Source: Antedon mediterranea
Taxonomy: Eukaryota > Animalia > Echinodermata
Reading direction: 5' to 3'
Assembly: GCF_964355755.1 (NCBI RefSeq)
Contig: NC_092673.1
Coordinates: 12,744,948 to 12,808,947, forward strand
DNA: 64,000 bases
This document shows positions 37,791 through 50,330 of the stretch, one piece after another (positions within the stretch are counted from its first letter, which is position 1; every line of letters starts with the position of its first letter). The notes beneath the pieces were generated by a model that saw only the letters and a program-made list of their open reading frames with translations, did not search any database and was not told the origin of the DNA. The position numbers and the translations under genes were made by a program.

Positions 37791-37827
37791 CACACTGATG
37801 AAGGGCTAGTTTTGCCCGAAAGCTCTG
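37791..37827 (+). ncRNA. Minimal type I hammerhead ribozyme in a Penelope-like terminal repeat remnant
   Basis: CA-CTGATGA-A-GGGC-TAGTTTT-GCCC-GAAA-GC-TC-TG: both catalytic core boxes, 4-bp stem II, palindromic AGCT stem III, UC cleavage site and only a 2-bp stem I. Confidence 0.7.
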
Positions 37828-38109
37828 CTAATTTTGTCTAGTTGTTTAAATTGTATCGTTTAGATTTAGCTTTTTGTTTATATTATTTTGTATCTTTATT
37901 AAGATCAAGCCGCTGATACCCACAGCCACACTGATACCCACAGCATTGTCTTTTTTTCAGTAATTTGGATTTATATTGAAAATTATCCATTTTTTTCAAC
38001 CCACAAAGGCTGTCTCTCTCTCTCTCTAATTCTGTTAATATTATAATTATATAAATGAACTTACAAAAGATTTCAAAGAGAAAGAGATTAATATTTTTTA
38101 TTGATAAAA

Positions 38110-38185
38110 AGACTCATTCTTGGCCGACGATATAATTCTCATTGGGAATAGTGAAAATGATCTACAATCATTATTGAAAGCATCA
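38110..38185 (+). pseudogene. Small LINE RT fragment
   Basis: FLADDIILIGNSENDLQSLLK. Confidence 0.6.
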
Positions 38186-39820
38186 ATTTACAACAAAATT
38201 TAAAATGTTATAATTTTGAAAAATAATATGCAGGCCTGATTGTAACCAACCACCAACGCATTAACAATCAAAGGAAATAGCCAATCGGTAACAAATTCAT
38301 AGACGAAGCCAACATGTATAGCATGCACACAGAAATTACAAAAACACAAGCCATATAGATGAAGGAAAAGGATCGAACAGAATTATTTTATTAAATTTTC
38401 ATGCAGTCAAACAACGCAACAAAGCAACCTGGGAATTTCCTTTCTTGAGTGCTAAGCACTATCGAATTGGTTATCTATACTGCATTTCAATCATAAAACT
38501 TAGTAAAACAATAAAAATACATAAGATATAATAAATTGTGTGAACAATCATTTAAATATACAGATAACATGGTTCGTGTGTACAGACAATTAAAGATGAT
38601 ATACGATAAAATTAGGAATATCTTGCCATACATGGGGACAATTTTTATACAAGGAATAATTAAAAGAATTGGTTCTTTAATATTATTAATTATTCTTTAA
38701 CAATTGTGTTCTGTTTATGTAGTTATCTGTATGAAAAAAGCGCCATCTATAGCGGACGTATAAGTAGCGATAATTTTGACCAATCAAATTGGGATTCTTT
38801 CAAACTCATTGTTTCCTAAAAAAATCCCAAGCTCTGAACTTACCACTCATCGTATTACTATAAGGATATTCATTTCTGAAAAATAGGCCAAGTTTACATG
38901 AAAGATGATTTGATCATAATAGGGGAAGTGTTTTGATGATAGAATCTAAAGTTTATATAAACTTTTTTTTTAAGATTTAATGTGGCGTACAGTTAATTAT
39001 GTTATGAATTTTTTTGTATCTCTTTATCAGAGGCACAGTCTCAATGAGGGAGATGTGCAACAAGAGTAAATAAACATAATTATATTAAAAAAAATATATA
39101 CATAAAAACCATTAAAAAAAATATTTAAAAAGTATAATTTGTCATGACAAACCACTGACAAATTTGATATCTTCAAATATAAAACAAAACGTAAAAAAAC
39201 AAAGCATTATTAAAAGTAAACTGAGAAAGATTAAAAACTAGAAATGTTACTGTTACTCTATATTCATGCACTACGCATATTTTAGTTTACATTTCTATGG
39301 CTTTAGGTTAATTAAATAAGTTGTATATGTTTTCTCCTTATTGTGAATAACGTTTGAATGTATTTTTTCTTTTTATTTGTAAGAGGCTATAGGCCTATAA
39401 CTTGATTCGGCTGTTGAGAAAAAAAAACATATAATAATATTACATGAAATGTAAAATAAAACATGATATGATTTAACTGTTGACGGTAAAAAACATGTTA
39501 GGGCCTATAGGCTATATAAATATAGTGTAAAATACGATATAATTTACAGACACATAGGCTAACCATAGCAGCAGTTTTTTGTTTGTTTTTATCAAACACA
39601 GTGAAATACAAAACAATTGGCACAATGACACGAACAATAGAAGCCTCAACAAGCCTGGCACACCCAACCCAACATATTGACTAACACCCCTATAAATAAT
39701 AATGGAATAGTCCTATATTCAATACATGCCGAAAACTCAGGTTGATCCTAAATCAGTTTCAGTAATGGAAAAGTGGACAATTTCGGTTTGTTTTAAAATG
39801 AATAAAGTACAGTATTGTAA

Positions 39821-39900
39821 TTGCATTGGACGTTGACGTAGTCACATGAAATATAACGTTGATCAGCTGCAGCAGCCAATCAAATTCGTTCGCGCTTTTT
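39821..39900 (+). promoter_or_regulatory. Candidate promoter of the DUF7869-like gene
   Basis: ATTGG (39825), TGACGT, GTCACATG and AGCCAATCA (39874) clustered 80-150 bp upstream of ATG 39979. Confidence 0.45.
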
Positions 39901-41367
39901 CCAAAGATTAGATGCGAATGACGGTTAAATGAACATAAAACCGTATATTGTTCATTTCTTTTATCAATTTGTTAAATCATGAACATGATAAGCGACTCTG
40001 AGCTAATGCTTCAATACTCAAGCGAAGACGATGCATATTTCTACGATAATAACATTATGAATATCACATTTTCTGATGATGGCACGACAGAACACCCTGT
40101 TCCAACTGCTGAGCGTATGCTATACTAGGCCTATTCTTCAAGTGAAGACGATGAAGAAGGCCTAGGCATAGGCCTAGTCCTAGGAGTAGATGATACAGAA
40201 GGGTCGCCTACTGGGATTTCGACTACCGAAGTTCTTCCGACTACCGAAGTTCTTCCAGCAGCAAAGAGAAAAGCATGGGAGGTTTCTTCAACAGATTTCG
40301 ATACTTCTGATGATGACATACAGACAGAGTCAGCAGCAGCAGGTGAGTAACAATACAATAGGCCTAGCCTACAACAATGAATGTTCATACCTAGGTAGGC
40401 CTAGGCCTAGCTAGAGGCCTAGTTATTTACTACTACTAGTACTAGGCCCTAGGCCTGGGCCTAGTAAATATTACTTATTACTAAGCCTAGCTAGAGATAG
40501 GCTCTAGCCTAGGCCTATTCCTATGGAAATTTTAGTATGTAGTACTGTACTGTGTTTGGGATAGAAAAAACTTAATATAGGGGTAATCAACCATTTGCCA
40601 GGTACACTCAAAATGTGTGCCGGCCCCCTTAATAGGCCTATATCCACTTGTTTGTGGGAAAGGGTGTCCCAAAGAAAAGATCAAACATACACATTTACAA
40701 TAATATTTTACCATGTGTGGCATATAATTAATTATTTAAAATAACGATAGTGAGGCATTTGATGAATAGGCATCACGCTTGCCATATGATTGTTTGTTGC
40801 CTACATTCCTTGTTGTTTTATCATGCTAATTACTTCCTCATTTACATACAACCTGTCCTATTGGTATATAAGTAATCTTAAGCCTAGGCGTTGTTTTCTG
40901 TTCTGGTGGAAGATGAGAATAGTTTCTCAAAACATGTCAATTTTTAGGCAGTTTGCCTATTCATATGCTTCACTATCGTTATTTTAACTCAAAATTTCGG
41001 TGGAATCATTCTTGATTTAATATCTATATATAAATTTACGTAAGGGCAAAATTCGGTAAATCGCGCCTTACTTCTAGAATTTTCACTCGATGGTATGTAA
41101 AGTTGGTTCGTACTTTCGGTACTGATTTTAACCGCCTGATGTAACCCTGTTTACTAATTAAATTGAGTTAGATAATTAGTTATTGACGATTAAAACGAAT
41201 TTAGGTTCAAAGATTTGCCCCAAATAGGGGTGTTTTCCGATCGTGGTATACACTGTCTAATGGATGTCCATCTTGAAAAATACCCGCCAAAAAAATGCGA
41301 GGAGGCTTCGCATTTTTCTATCTCCTCCTACGATAATTGTTTTTAATAGCTGAAAACCGGTTGAACA

Positions 41368-41503
41368 GCTAGAGTACACCATCATAATGTTGAAGACAGG
41401 CCGATTTTCTTTTAAAAATACTATTTTGATAGATTGCTAGAGTACACCATCATAATGTTGAAGACAGGCCGATTTTCTTTAAAAAATACTATTTTGATAG
41501 ATT
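41368..41503. repeat. Two-copy ~68-bp direct tandem duplication
   Basis: GCTAGAGTACACCATCATAATGTTGAAGACAGGCCGATTTTC...TTTTGATAGATT occurs twice. Confidence 0.9.
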
Positions 41504-42770
41504 TAATATACGATTATACAAATGTATTGATTTGCGATGAATGGAACATCCAGTTTGGTTTAACACAAGTACTGTAGGTAAATTTATGAGCCCTTGGTTT
41601 AACACATACGGTAGGTAAATATATGGGCCCTTTGAGAATAAACTTGCAATAGGTTCGGAAAATGTTAAAAACCAATTTCTATTATTTGAATCGGTAAACA
41701 GTTTCCATTTATTATACATTGATAATGAAACATGAAATATTCCTATTTATGTCCCTCGAGGTTCATTACAATTTATATTTAGTAGTCCCACGGACTTCAT
41801 CTTAGCCACTCCCCCGAGTGCTAAGGCCAAATTTATGATACCCTACTTTCTATGTAAGTTTAGTTACAGTTAGTTCTTGACGATAATACAACGAATTTAG
41901 GTTACACCCTTCGGCCGCGAAAACGTTTCTGTACAAATATGATACCGATTGGCTTTATTTCATTCAACAGCGACCATAATCTCGCCAATAACAGGATAGA
42001 TAAACTATTTTATTATTGATGTGCTTATAAATTAAGACTCATGTAAACAGCTTGATTACATCATTTTACAGACAAACGAAACTTTTTTAAACCTACTGTT
42101 TCAATAACTGAGTATAATACTGTATACGTTTTCATAAGTAAGTGCATATACATTTTCGTGTTTTCATTGACGAGATTGTAATAGTAACTTCAGTAACTAT
42201 TACAGTACTTATTTATTATACGACACAAGACAATTGTATCTGACAGGTACGTACATTATTCTAAAAAATAAGTCTAGATAGATCCCTTAGGCGTCATAAA
42301 TCACAGGCCAACAAATCAGTACTCATGACAGAAATTCGACCCAGTTTGGTTCACACAAATGTTTACAGGAAGTTCAACACCACAACCGATGATTTGCCCT
42401 AAATATTTAGGTAGACTACAGTTTAATTTTTCACTGAATAGGAGCTTGAATTTCCGATTTCCATTTCGCAGAATGTCTAGGTCTATTTATTTAGTTTGGT
42501 TCTTATAATATATAAATACAATCAACTTTATTACTGCGGTTCCATCACCACCACCACGTGCCGCCGCCCAATTCCCGTACATACATTTCCATTTCTCCCT
42601 AATTTCTTTAATCCACATAAATTAATTGTCCTTTATGGAATCCAGTATTGGTTTTGTTGTCTCTATTTCTGAATACCCCAATTAGGGGGACACTTCCGTT
42701 TTTGTTTAGTGTCCCAAAAAAGTCCCCGTCCGTGGATTCTACTGTATTCGAGAACCATCTGTGAGCACCC

Positions 42771-42808
42771 CTAGATGGTACGCAAGCGAAGCGAGCGTGC
42801 CATCTAGT
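42771..42808 (+). mobile_element. Helentron/HINE-type terminal hairpin
   Basis: CTAGATGGTACGC-AAGCGAAGCGA-GCGTGCCATCTAG-T: 13-bp stem with one G-T pair, ending in CTAGT. Confidence 0.55.
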
Positions 42809-43881
42809 CTAATTAATTATGTATGATAATAATTTAATCAAATTGCAAATTTTCTGATTACGATACAGAATCTGTTTGTCAAGTAACAACAACACACAGC
42901 ACTGCTTATCCAACTGAGCGTATGCTTTACTATTCTTCAAGTGAAGATGATGAAGTAGGCCTAATTGTACGTGGGAACGGTTCAATTCAATCAATCAATA
43001 ATGGATGTTCTGCTGTTGATGATACAGAAGGGTCACCTACTGGGATTTCGACTACCGAAGTTCCTCCAGCAGCAAAGAGAAAAGCATGGGAGGTTTCTAC
43101 AACAGATGTCAATACTTCTGATGATGACATACCGACAGAGTCAGCAGGTCAGTAACTTTAACAATACAATGACATGTTATGTAGTTATTTACTAGGTTAG
43201 AGTAGAGGCCGCCTCTAGGCCTATCCCTATGTTTTTATGGGCCCGATCTGGGAGGTAGCAATGTCGTATTCGATTGGGACATTTATCGTTGAGTATAGTT
43301 TTTTTTGTTTTGATTTACCTTTCCGTACTTATAACACAATTGTGTGCGTTGAGATTGTTCTTAACAAAAAAGTTTGCATTGTTAACGTTTTCTATTTCAC
43401 TGGACCACCTCTAGTTACGTTCAGTATAACCCCTATTAAGGCTTCAGGAACAAAATAATGTCCCCTTGGCAGGGGTTTTTTACTGGAAAAAAAAGAAATT
43501 ATTTTGATATGTAAAATAAATAATTGATCTGGAATCATAAAATAAAAAATTGAAATTAGCAGTCCCTTTTAAACAATAAATGTATCTAATTATTTCTATG
43601 ATAATAGTTTAAATTGCACATTTTCTGATTACAACATAGACTCTGTTTGTCTAGTAACAACTACCAAAGTTCCTCCAGCAGCAGAGAGAAAAGCATGGGA
43701 GGTTTCTACAACAGATGTCGATACTTCCGATGTTTGATACTTCCGATGATGACATATCAGCAGGTCAGTAGCAATAACATTAACCATGAGCTTTTGCTAA
43801 CCTTTCTTAGTAGGGCTCCTACCAACTTTATACAAAACTTCATCTAGGCTTGGATAGGGAATTACCTTTTAAGCAGCCAGC

Positions 43882-43912
<31 letters not shown>

Positions 43913-46900
43913 TAGCCAGTAGATATTAGTATCCTCTATAGAGGCTAGTTTATTTATTTAGATTTACTTCCCTACTACACCTTTAAATCATTAGCATACT
44001 TAATAATTACAAAGGTGCATTCTTCAGAAATAACAAAATACAACAAAAACCTCATTATTAATAACGATGAGAATAATGGTGAAAAAAAAAGGATAAATGG
44101 TAATAACCTCCCATAAAGCCTATAGCTCCTGGATCAAAATATTATCTTCCACTATCCAAAATTTGAAAATGTCTGCTATCAATCACCAGTTACCCCAAAT
44201 GAAGAATTACTGTACATGTATGTTGCATAGGCTGCTATAAATATTAAACTACTATATTTTTATTTAGCCTGCAAGAGAAATACAGGAGGCCTAGAGACTG
44301 TAGAAACTAATTACCTTAATTCATCTGGATCAAGTGATGATGAGATTAAAATCTCTAATCACACAAGTAAGCGTAGTGGTAAGTTTGATATGTCATTAAT
44401 TTTTAAAACTACTTTTATTAAATAGTACTTGATGTTGATGGTTGTGCTGTACCTAAAAGATATGGACATTGCTGGTTGTTTCCATTTGTGTCTGATTCTA
44501 TGGTCAGGTTCTAATGTTATGTCTGTATGGTATGTAAATAGGTACGACTGTCTAATGAACAAGGCACCTGCACAACCTGTAATTGAACACTCGAAAATTG
44601 AAATTGAATTATCTGAACCGAAAAAAAAATTGTTTGTCAAAGAATTAAAAGTATCTATATATTAATGCGAATTAGTCACCTAGTTTTACGTAACCTCCAA
44701 AACTTCTGAAACCGTATTGACTGATCACATTTTCCGCAATTGGTACCATATAATTGTTATTTTGTTTGTTTGTTTTTTTTGCCAATGGATAATGTAAGTT
44801 TATTCTTTCTGTAGAAAAAAGGAAAAGGAATCACCTACAGCCAATACACAACTTGTATTTGACCTGCTGTTGTGCATTAATGTGCATTGGTATGCTAAAT
44901 TTTAGAGAAATAAAACAAACAAGGGAAGCTTTTCAAGCAATGACCGAATATGAACAACGCTGTTGGATCCTTAAAATATTTCAATGAACATCTCAGCACA
45001 TCCGGAGGTGCCACCAAAATCTGTCTACTAGTTGGTGCTAACAAAGTTTGTGCAAAAGCATGGATGTTAGTAAATGGTATTGGCCGGTCAACTTTTTACA
45101 AAATAAGGAAGCAAGCTATTGGTAATTAATTGTTTAGTTTTACAGTACATTTTACATTATTTAATTTTACATGCTGTTAATATTACTTTTAATGTATGTG
45201 TTTAAATGTTGCTGAAACGGAAAGATTACTGTGACTGTGTGAAGATTACTTTCCATTATACTTATAGTCGTATTATACAGGGACATAGGCAGGATCTGAC
45301 GAGGAGTGGAGAATAACTTTTTTTTAAATGAATAGAATGCATTTGATTATTGTTTAATTATTTTTACACAATAAAATTAATATGCTTAACACTATGTTAG
45401 AAAGATAATGCAAAATGATCATAAGTCATTAATCAATGGATTAAACCAAACAATAATAAAATAGTACAGTATTTGAAATTCCTAATATTTGAAGTTTACA
45501 TTTTATTTCTTTTTAGAAGGATGCTGTTATCTTTTACCACCCAACTTCACCAGAAAGATGGTATATAGCAATTCAACTCAACAGTGTCGGGCTTGGTTTA
45601 TTAAATTTTGTAATGAATACGGTGATCAAATGCCAACTAATGGACAAATCCATCTACCATCAACGCTTACCAAACATGATGTGTACATGCATATGAAAGA
45701 TGAGTTTGAGCTAAGAAATGAAGATGTGTGTGCATTAGCGACATTCTACAAGTTTTGGTGTGTTGAATTCAAGCATATTGTAATACCTGAGGTATGTTTA
45801 CGTTTTTACACTTATTATGGTTTGTACCAATGGACAAAATCCATGTCATCTTCATTGACTGAAGTATTTTTTAACGTATTTTCAATGTTATGCAGAAAGT
45901 CCTGTAGGTTCAATTTTCATTCATAATAAAATACTGGAAAAACATACTGTACAATCCAGATGCATGTATGATGGGCCTCACAACTCCTTCCCTACATTCA
46001 CTATATTGAATGCAAAATTTGTTTAATTTTATATTTTTACGTGCTGTATTTTTTCAATTTTATTTAATAGGAAAATCGTTTTGCAAAATGCAGCAAATGC
46101 ACCAGAATTAAATTTGAGCTGCACAAGACAAATCAAAAGCAAAAACGGCAAATACTAATGATGAAGAGAGAGAAGCATTTACGAAAACAAAAGTAAGTAT
46201 GCCTACCTATTTTGTGTACAAAACCAGTAGTTTAAACCTTTCAACAAGAAATTCTGTTGAACTTGTATACCCGGTATTACCATAGATAGGAAAAATAATT
46301 ATTGCTTCCACTGTATACCTCCTCTATAGTATTATTAGTGTTTTTAAAAATAATTCTAACTTAATAAAATTAAGAGTGATTGAAATAAAACAGAAAATAA
46401 CGGGGAAAAATGGTAGAAAATGAAAATAATTATTGTGTATGAACAATGAATGAATAAAAGTGGTTGTAAACAAAAAAAGAGAAAAGATAAACAAAATCAT
46501 TATTATACAAAAAACCTCTACATTTAATCAATAATTTTAATAGATTAGAAGTAAAGCATTGTCTCATCTTGTCTTCGGCTAATAGATAACATATAACTAA
46601 ACAAAACAAAAATTTATTATTAAATGCAAAATAAAACTATAAACATATGATTTTAATTTTTCAGTATTGAACGTCGAAAGTACTATAAACATATGCAGAA
46701 AGCAAGACAGAATCCCAACAAGTATTTGTCAATAATTATCGATGGAATGGACCAAAGCAAGACTGATTTACCATCTTTTGCTTGCGAATCAAAAGAAACG
46801 TCGAAGATGTGGAAACTAGCCACACATGTAACTGGTGTTCTGGTACATGGGCGACATGGGCACTGCTTCATTGACCTAAAGCAGTTTCCACATGACTCAA

Positions 46901-47283
46901 ACCTAACCTGCAACATTATACTGACGGTGCTGTCAGAGATACAACCTCTACCACCAGTCTTATATCTGCAGTTGGACAATAGCGGAAAGGATAAAAATAA
47001 AAACAGATTTGTTTTTGCCCTATGTGCTCTTCTTGTAGAGTTAAAGATTTTTCGAAAGGTAAATGACTATACATTTATAAATGATATATAAATAATAAAA
47101 CAGTATACACAGTGCACTTTAAAGAACCCAGTTCATCATTCATTTACCCTGTTCTCGTTCACCACAAAATATCCCCTGTGTTGGGTGATTTCCACCAGCC
47201 TAATAGGACATTAATTAATTTACTATTGGTAATTATCTATTAAGACATAAAATATTCAATAACATTCTAGTCTAAATAGATGA

Positions 47284-48543
47284 GGCCAAAAAAAAAAAAT
47301 AGTTTGTTTGCTGTCATCCGCCGCCCCTAATTTCGCCAAAAATTTGGGGCGGAAATAAGAAAAAGTTTTTTTTTTACGTTGAGGGCGCTTTAAAAAAAAA
47401 ATTTTTTTTTATAATTTTTTTTGGCCGAAAAGGTGTAAAAATCGAGTGTGCGAGGATGAAACAATAAAAATAATAACGTAGCGTATATTTCGGTGTATAA
47501 TCGCACTTTTGACACGCAAATTTAACCTCTAAATTAAGGGTGCGTCTTATACACCGAACATAAATGCCTCAACACACAGATATCGCCACCTCGTTGGCTA
47601 GGCCTGGGCTTTTTAAGGTAAGGCCTATTAGTATTACTAAAGTCTAAAGAGTAGGCCTAGCCTAGCTACAGTGTACTAGCGTAACAGCAACCTGCTAGTT
47701 TTCAAGGCATTTTAGCGTGATTTTGTACTAAATATGATGAAAAGATTTAGGCGCTCCGATAAAATTTCATTTGAAAACGACGTTTACGATTGGAATAGTA
47801 TTATATAGTTATACGCACGACCGTCGTACCCCCAGCGCGAGCGAGCCCTTCTTGGCAACCACATTGTTTACACAGTATTCGACTAGTATATTCTCCAGTT
47901 GATTATAGCATAGACCTAGCGTACACACTTCAGGATACATAGATACTAATCGAATACGATTGTCCGTGAAAACGTGCGCCTCTCGATAAAAGGATCGAGC
48001 GAGGCTAGCCCACACACACGTGTGGTCATGCACTCGATATTGCGGGTGCGAAACTCATTCATAACAAGTTAGAAAGAACTAACGGAATGGGGGACTTCCC
48101 TTCTTGTTGAGGCTACTGGGCGCGGCCGTCTTATACATCGACGATATACAAAATACCGATATTTTACTCTCAGTTAGGGGTCGGGTGCGTCTTATTATAC
48201 ACAGGTGCGACTTATACACCGAAATATACGGTACACTAACTTCTAAAAATTAAAATATTTAATTAGGCCTGCTAACAACGACCTACTGTGTAGTAGTAGG
48301 CCTAGCCTAGGCTAGTTTAGACACGGGGCCTAACGCGCCCAAAACAGAATTAAAGTGTGAAACAAATTATGAATAGATGTTTGAGCTCGTTGTTTTATTC
48401 AGTGTGTTTTGTTACTCTCAAATTCGCGAGCAATTAACAGAAAAATTAACATTAAAAAAAAAAAAAAAAAAAAATTTTTCCACCCGCCCCCCTACCAAAA
48501 TAAAAAAACTTGACAGCAAACAAACAATTTTTTTTTTTAGGCC
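47284..48543. mobile_element. GGCC-terminated MITE with 3-bp TGA TSD (PIF/Harbinger-type TSD) inside a transposase intron
   Basis: ~33-bp TIR GGCCAAAA..TAGTTTGTTTGCTGTCA / TGACAGCAAACAAACAATTT..AGGCC. TGA at 47281-47283 and 48544-48546. Confidence 0.85.
47481..48231. mobile_element. pogo/Tc1-mariner-type MITE nested in the GGCC MITE
   Basis: ~27-bp TIR and TA TSD (47479-80, 48232-33). The empty site is visible at ~21847 (AATAACGTA|AACTAA). Confidence 0.9.
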
Positions 48544-50330
48544 TGAGGAAAAAATGGAAATATACTAAAAATGTATTTTTTTTATTTTGCTTTGAAAAGT
48601 TTTAATTTTAAATCATTACTTCTTTTACTCTTTCAGATAAAGATTGGGTTTTTAATGGTGGGTCACACTCACGAGGATATTGACCAATTATTTTCATGTG
48701 TGGCCAAATACCTGAACAAATATAGAGCATCTACACTTGATCATCTTCGAAGTGCTGTTGAAAACTCGTACAAAAAGTTGCCGATTACATCAAGTATCAT
48801 TTCCTATCTGCATGACATTAAGAACTGGTTAGTACCATACATGCAAGACATACGTTACCACAGCAAACCACACCAGTTTAAGTTTGTTTTGGCTCAAACC
48901 GGAAAATGCATCATGTCCTATAAGAACTGGTCAACGGATTGTACTTGGTGTGAATGTGCAAGAGAAATGGACACACTTCCATATTTGCTCAAGGAAAGCC
49001 CTGCTGATATACCAGTGTTGTGTACTCCTGATTTTAGTAATGCAGATATACCAAAGTTAAAAAAAAGTCTGGCGTCTGTTGCAAATTTTTTGCGAATAGA
49101 AGAACGTGACTGGTGGGAGGAATTTTTAAATAATATAGAAGAGATCACAGAAGGTATGTACTGTACTACATTGCATGTGTGATGTTTCACCATTTTACAC
49201 ATATATTTTTTGGTTTACAAGAGAATTTTGATTTTAGTATAGATTCAGCAGCTATACCAAAATTCAACTCTTTACTCCACACAACTATGTTGGGTCACAT
49301 TCACCAATGCATGCTTCCACTGATAATTTTATGTGAGAACCTAAAATTATCAAATAACATGAACGATATCTAGTGGAGTACACTGGAGAAACATGCCTCC
49401 TGATTAATTCATAAGATAAAATCAATCAATCAGCATCTGATTAGCATGGTGCGCAATGTATTGGCCCAGCTTTTATGCAACAAACACCTCAGCATAAATA
49501 TATCATGATATTTTGTATGAATGTATATTATTTACTTTTTAAAACTAATGCGTACTCTTTTTTTTTAGGAAATGAACAGCGATTTTTGCTCCATGACATC
49601 ATTTTTAATGACAACAATGCAAGCCCTATGAGGGAGGAATCTGATGGAAACGAGACAGACATTAGTGACTCGGATAATGAAAATGAAATAAGACCGGTAT
49701 GATAAAGATATTATAGATTTTCAAAATTACATCTTTGAAACATGTAATGCAACATAGTTTAAAGCAGTGCTTATATTTGGGATATGATCTCATAATCGCA
49801 TCAAGCAAATGCATCAACGAAAATTCTATATTTTTAGGGTTGTAAGAAAAATGATTATGACTTTTCTATGCTTTCTCCCACACTACTAGGTACACATTGG
49901 TAAATTTTCGAAGCGTAAGCCACCACAGCAACTCGATGTTGGTGCTATGGTAGCAACAGCTTTAAGGAGATATCCCACAGAATGGCCTCGGATAGGCAAA
50001 ATATTCAGCATAAATAACAATGAGGTAGAAGTAGTGTGGTACACTGGAACGTATACTTCCCGGTTTGTTCTGTGTGAAAAAGATGGACAAGAATGGCGAG
50101 AAATAATATCGAAGGAGGAGGTGATAAGTATATTTAATTTAACACCAACTAGTAGATTGCCTACCAATGTTATTGTTAAATTAAAAGAATTAAGAGATGA
50201 CTTTTTAAATGAAAGTTAATGCAGGGAGTTTTACAACTCACTGGTTGTCACAATAGGGTGCACATTAATGGAATTTTACATGTATAATGAATCTAAAAAA
50301 AATATTTAATTTTCAACCAATTTCATAATT

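Larger units (their letters stand above)
39979..50219 (+). pseudogene. Multi-exon DUF7869/Sola-like DDD transposase gene with acidic N-terminus and Tudor/SH3-like C-terminus; disabled
   Basis: Phase-consistent exons 39979-40342, 42869-43147, 43640-43763, 44268-44378, (an uncertain one ~44425-44650), 44815-45121, 45517-45791, 46071-46192, 46665-47058, 48637-49153, 49569-49696, 49890-50219. Motifs CCC...C, VCAKAW..VNGI, GDQMP..IHLP, CSKC, IIDGMDQ, LYLQLDN..NKN, GHTHEDIDQ. Lesions: TAG at 40126, a 16-bp duplication in exon 3, an extra A at 44973-44976. Confidence 0.85.

Noticed and set aside
42690-42746. Tigger-like right end (..GTGGATTCTACTGTA)
   Set aside because: Only a weak candidate left partner (AGTAGTCCCACGGAC at ~41781), so the element cannot be delimited.
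45278-45310. Solo hAT-like end CAGGGACATAGGCAGGAT (and AATCCTGGCTACGGGCTTG at ~24874)
   Set aside because: Isolated ends with no partner or TSD.
39979-50219. Treating the DUF7869-like gene as an intact, active CDS
   Set aside because: The in-frame stop at 40126 and the +1 frameshift at 44973-44976 are present in both copies. A homopolymer sequencing error is possible for the latter but not for the former.
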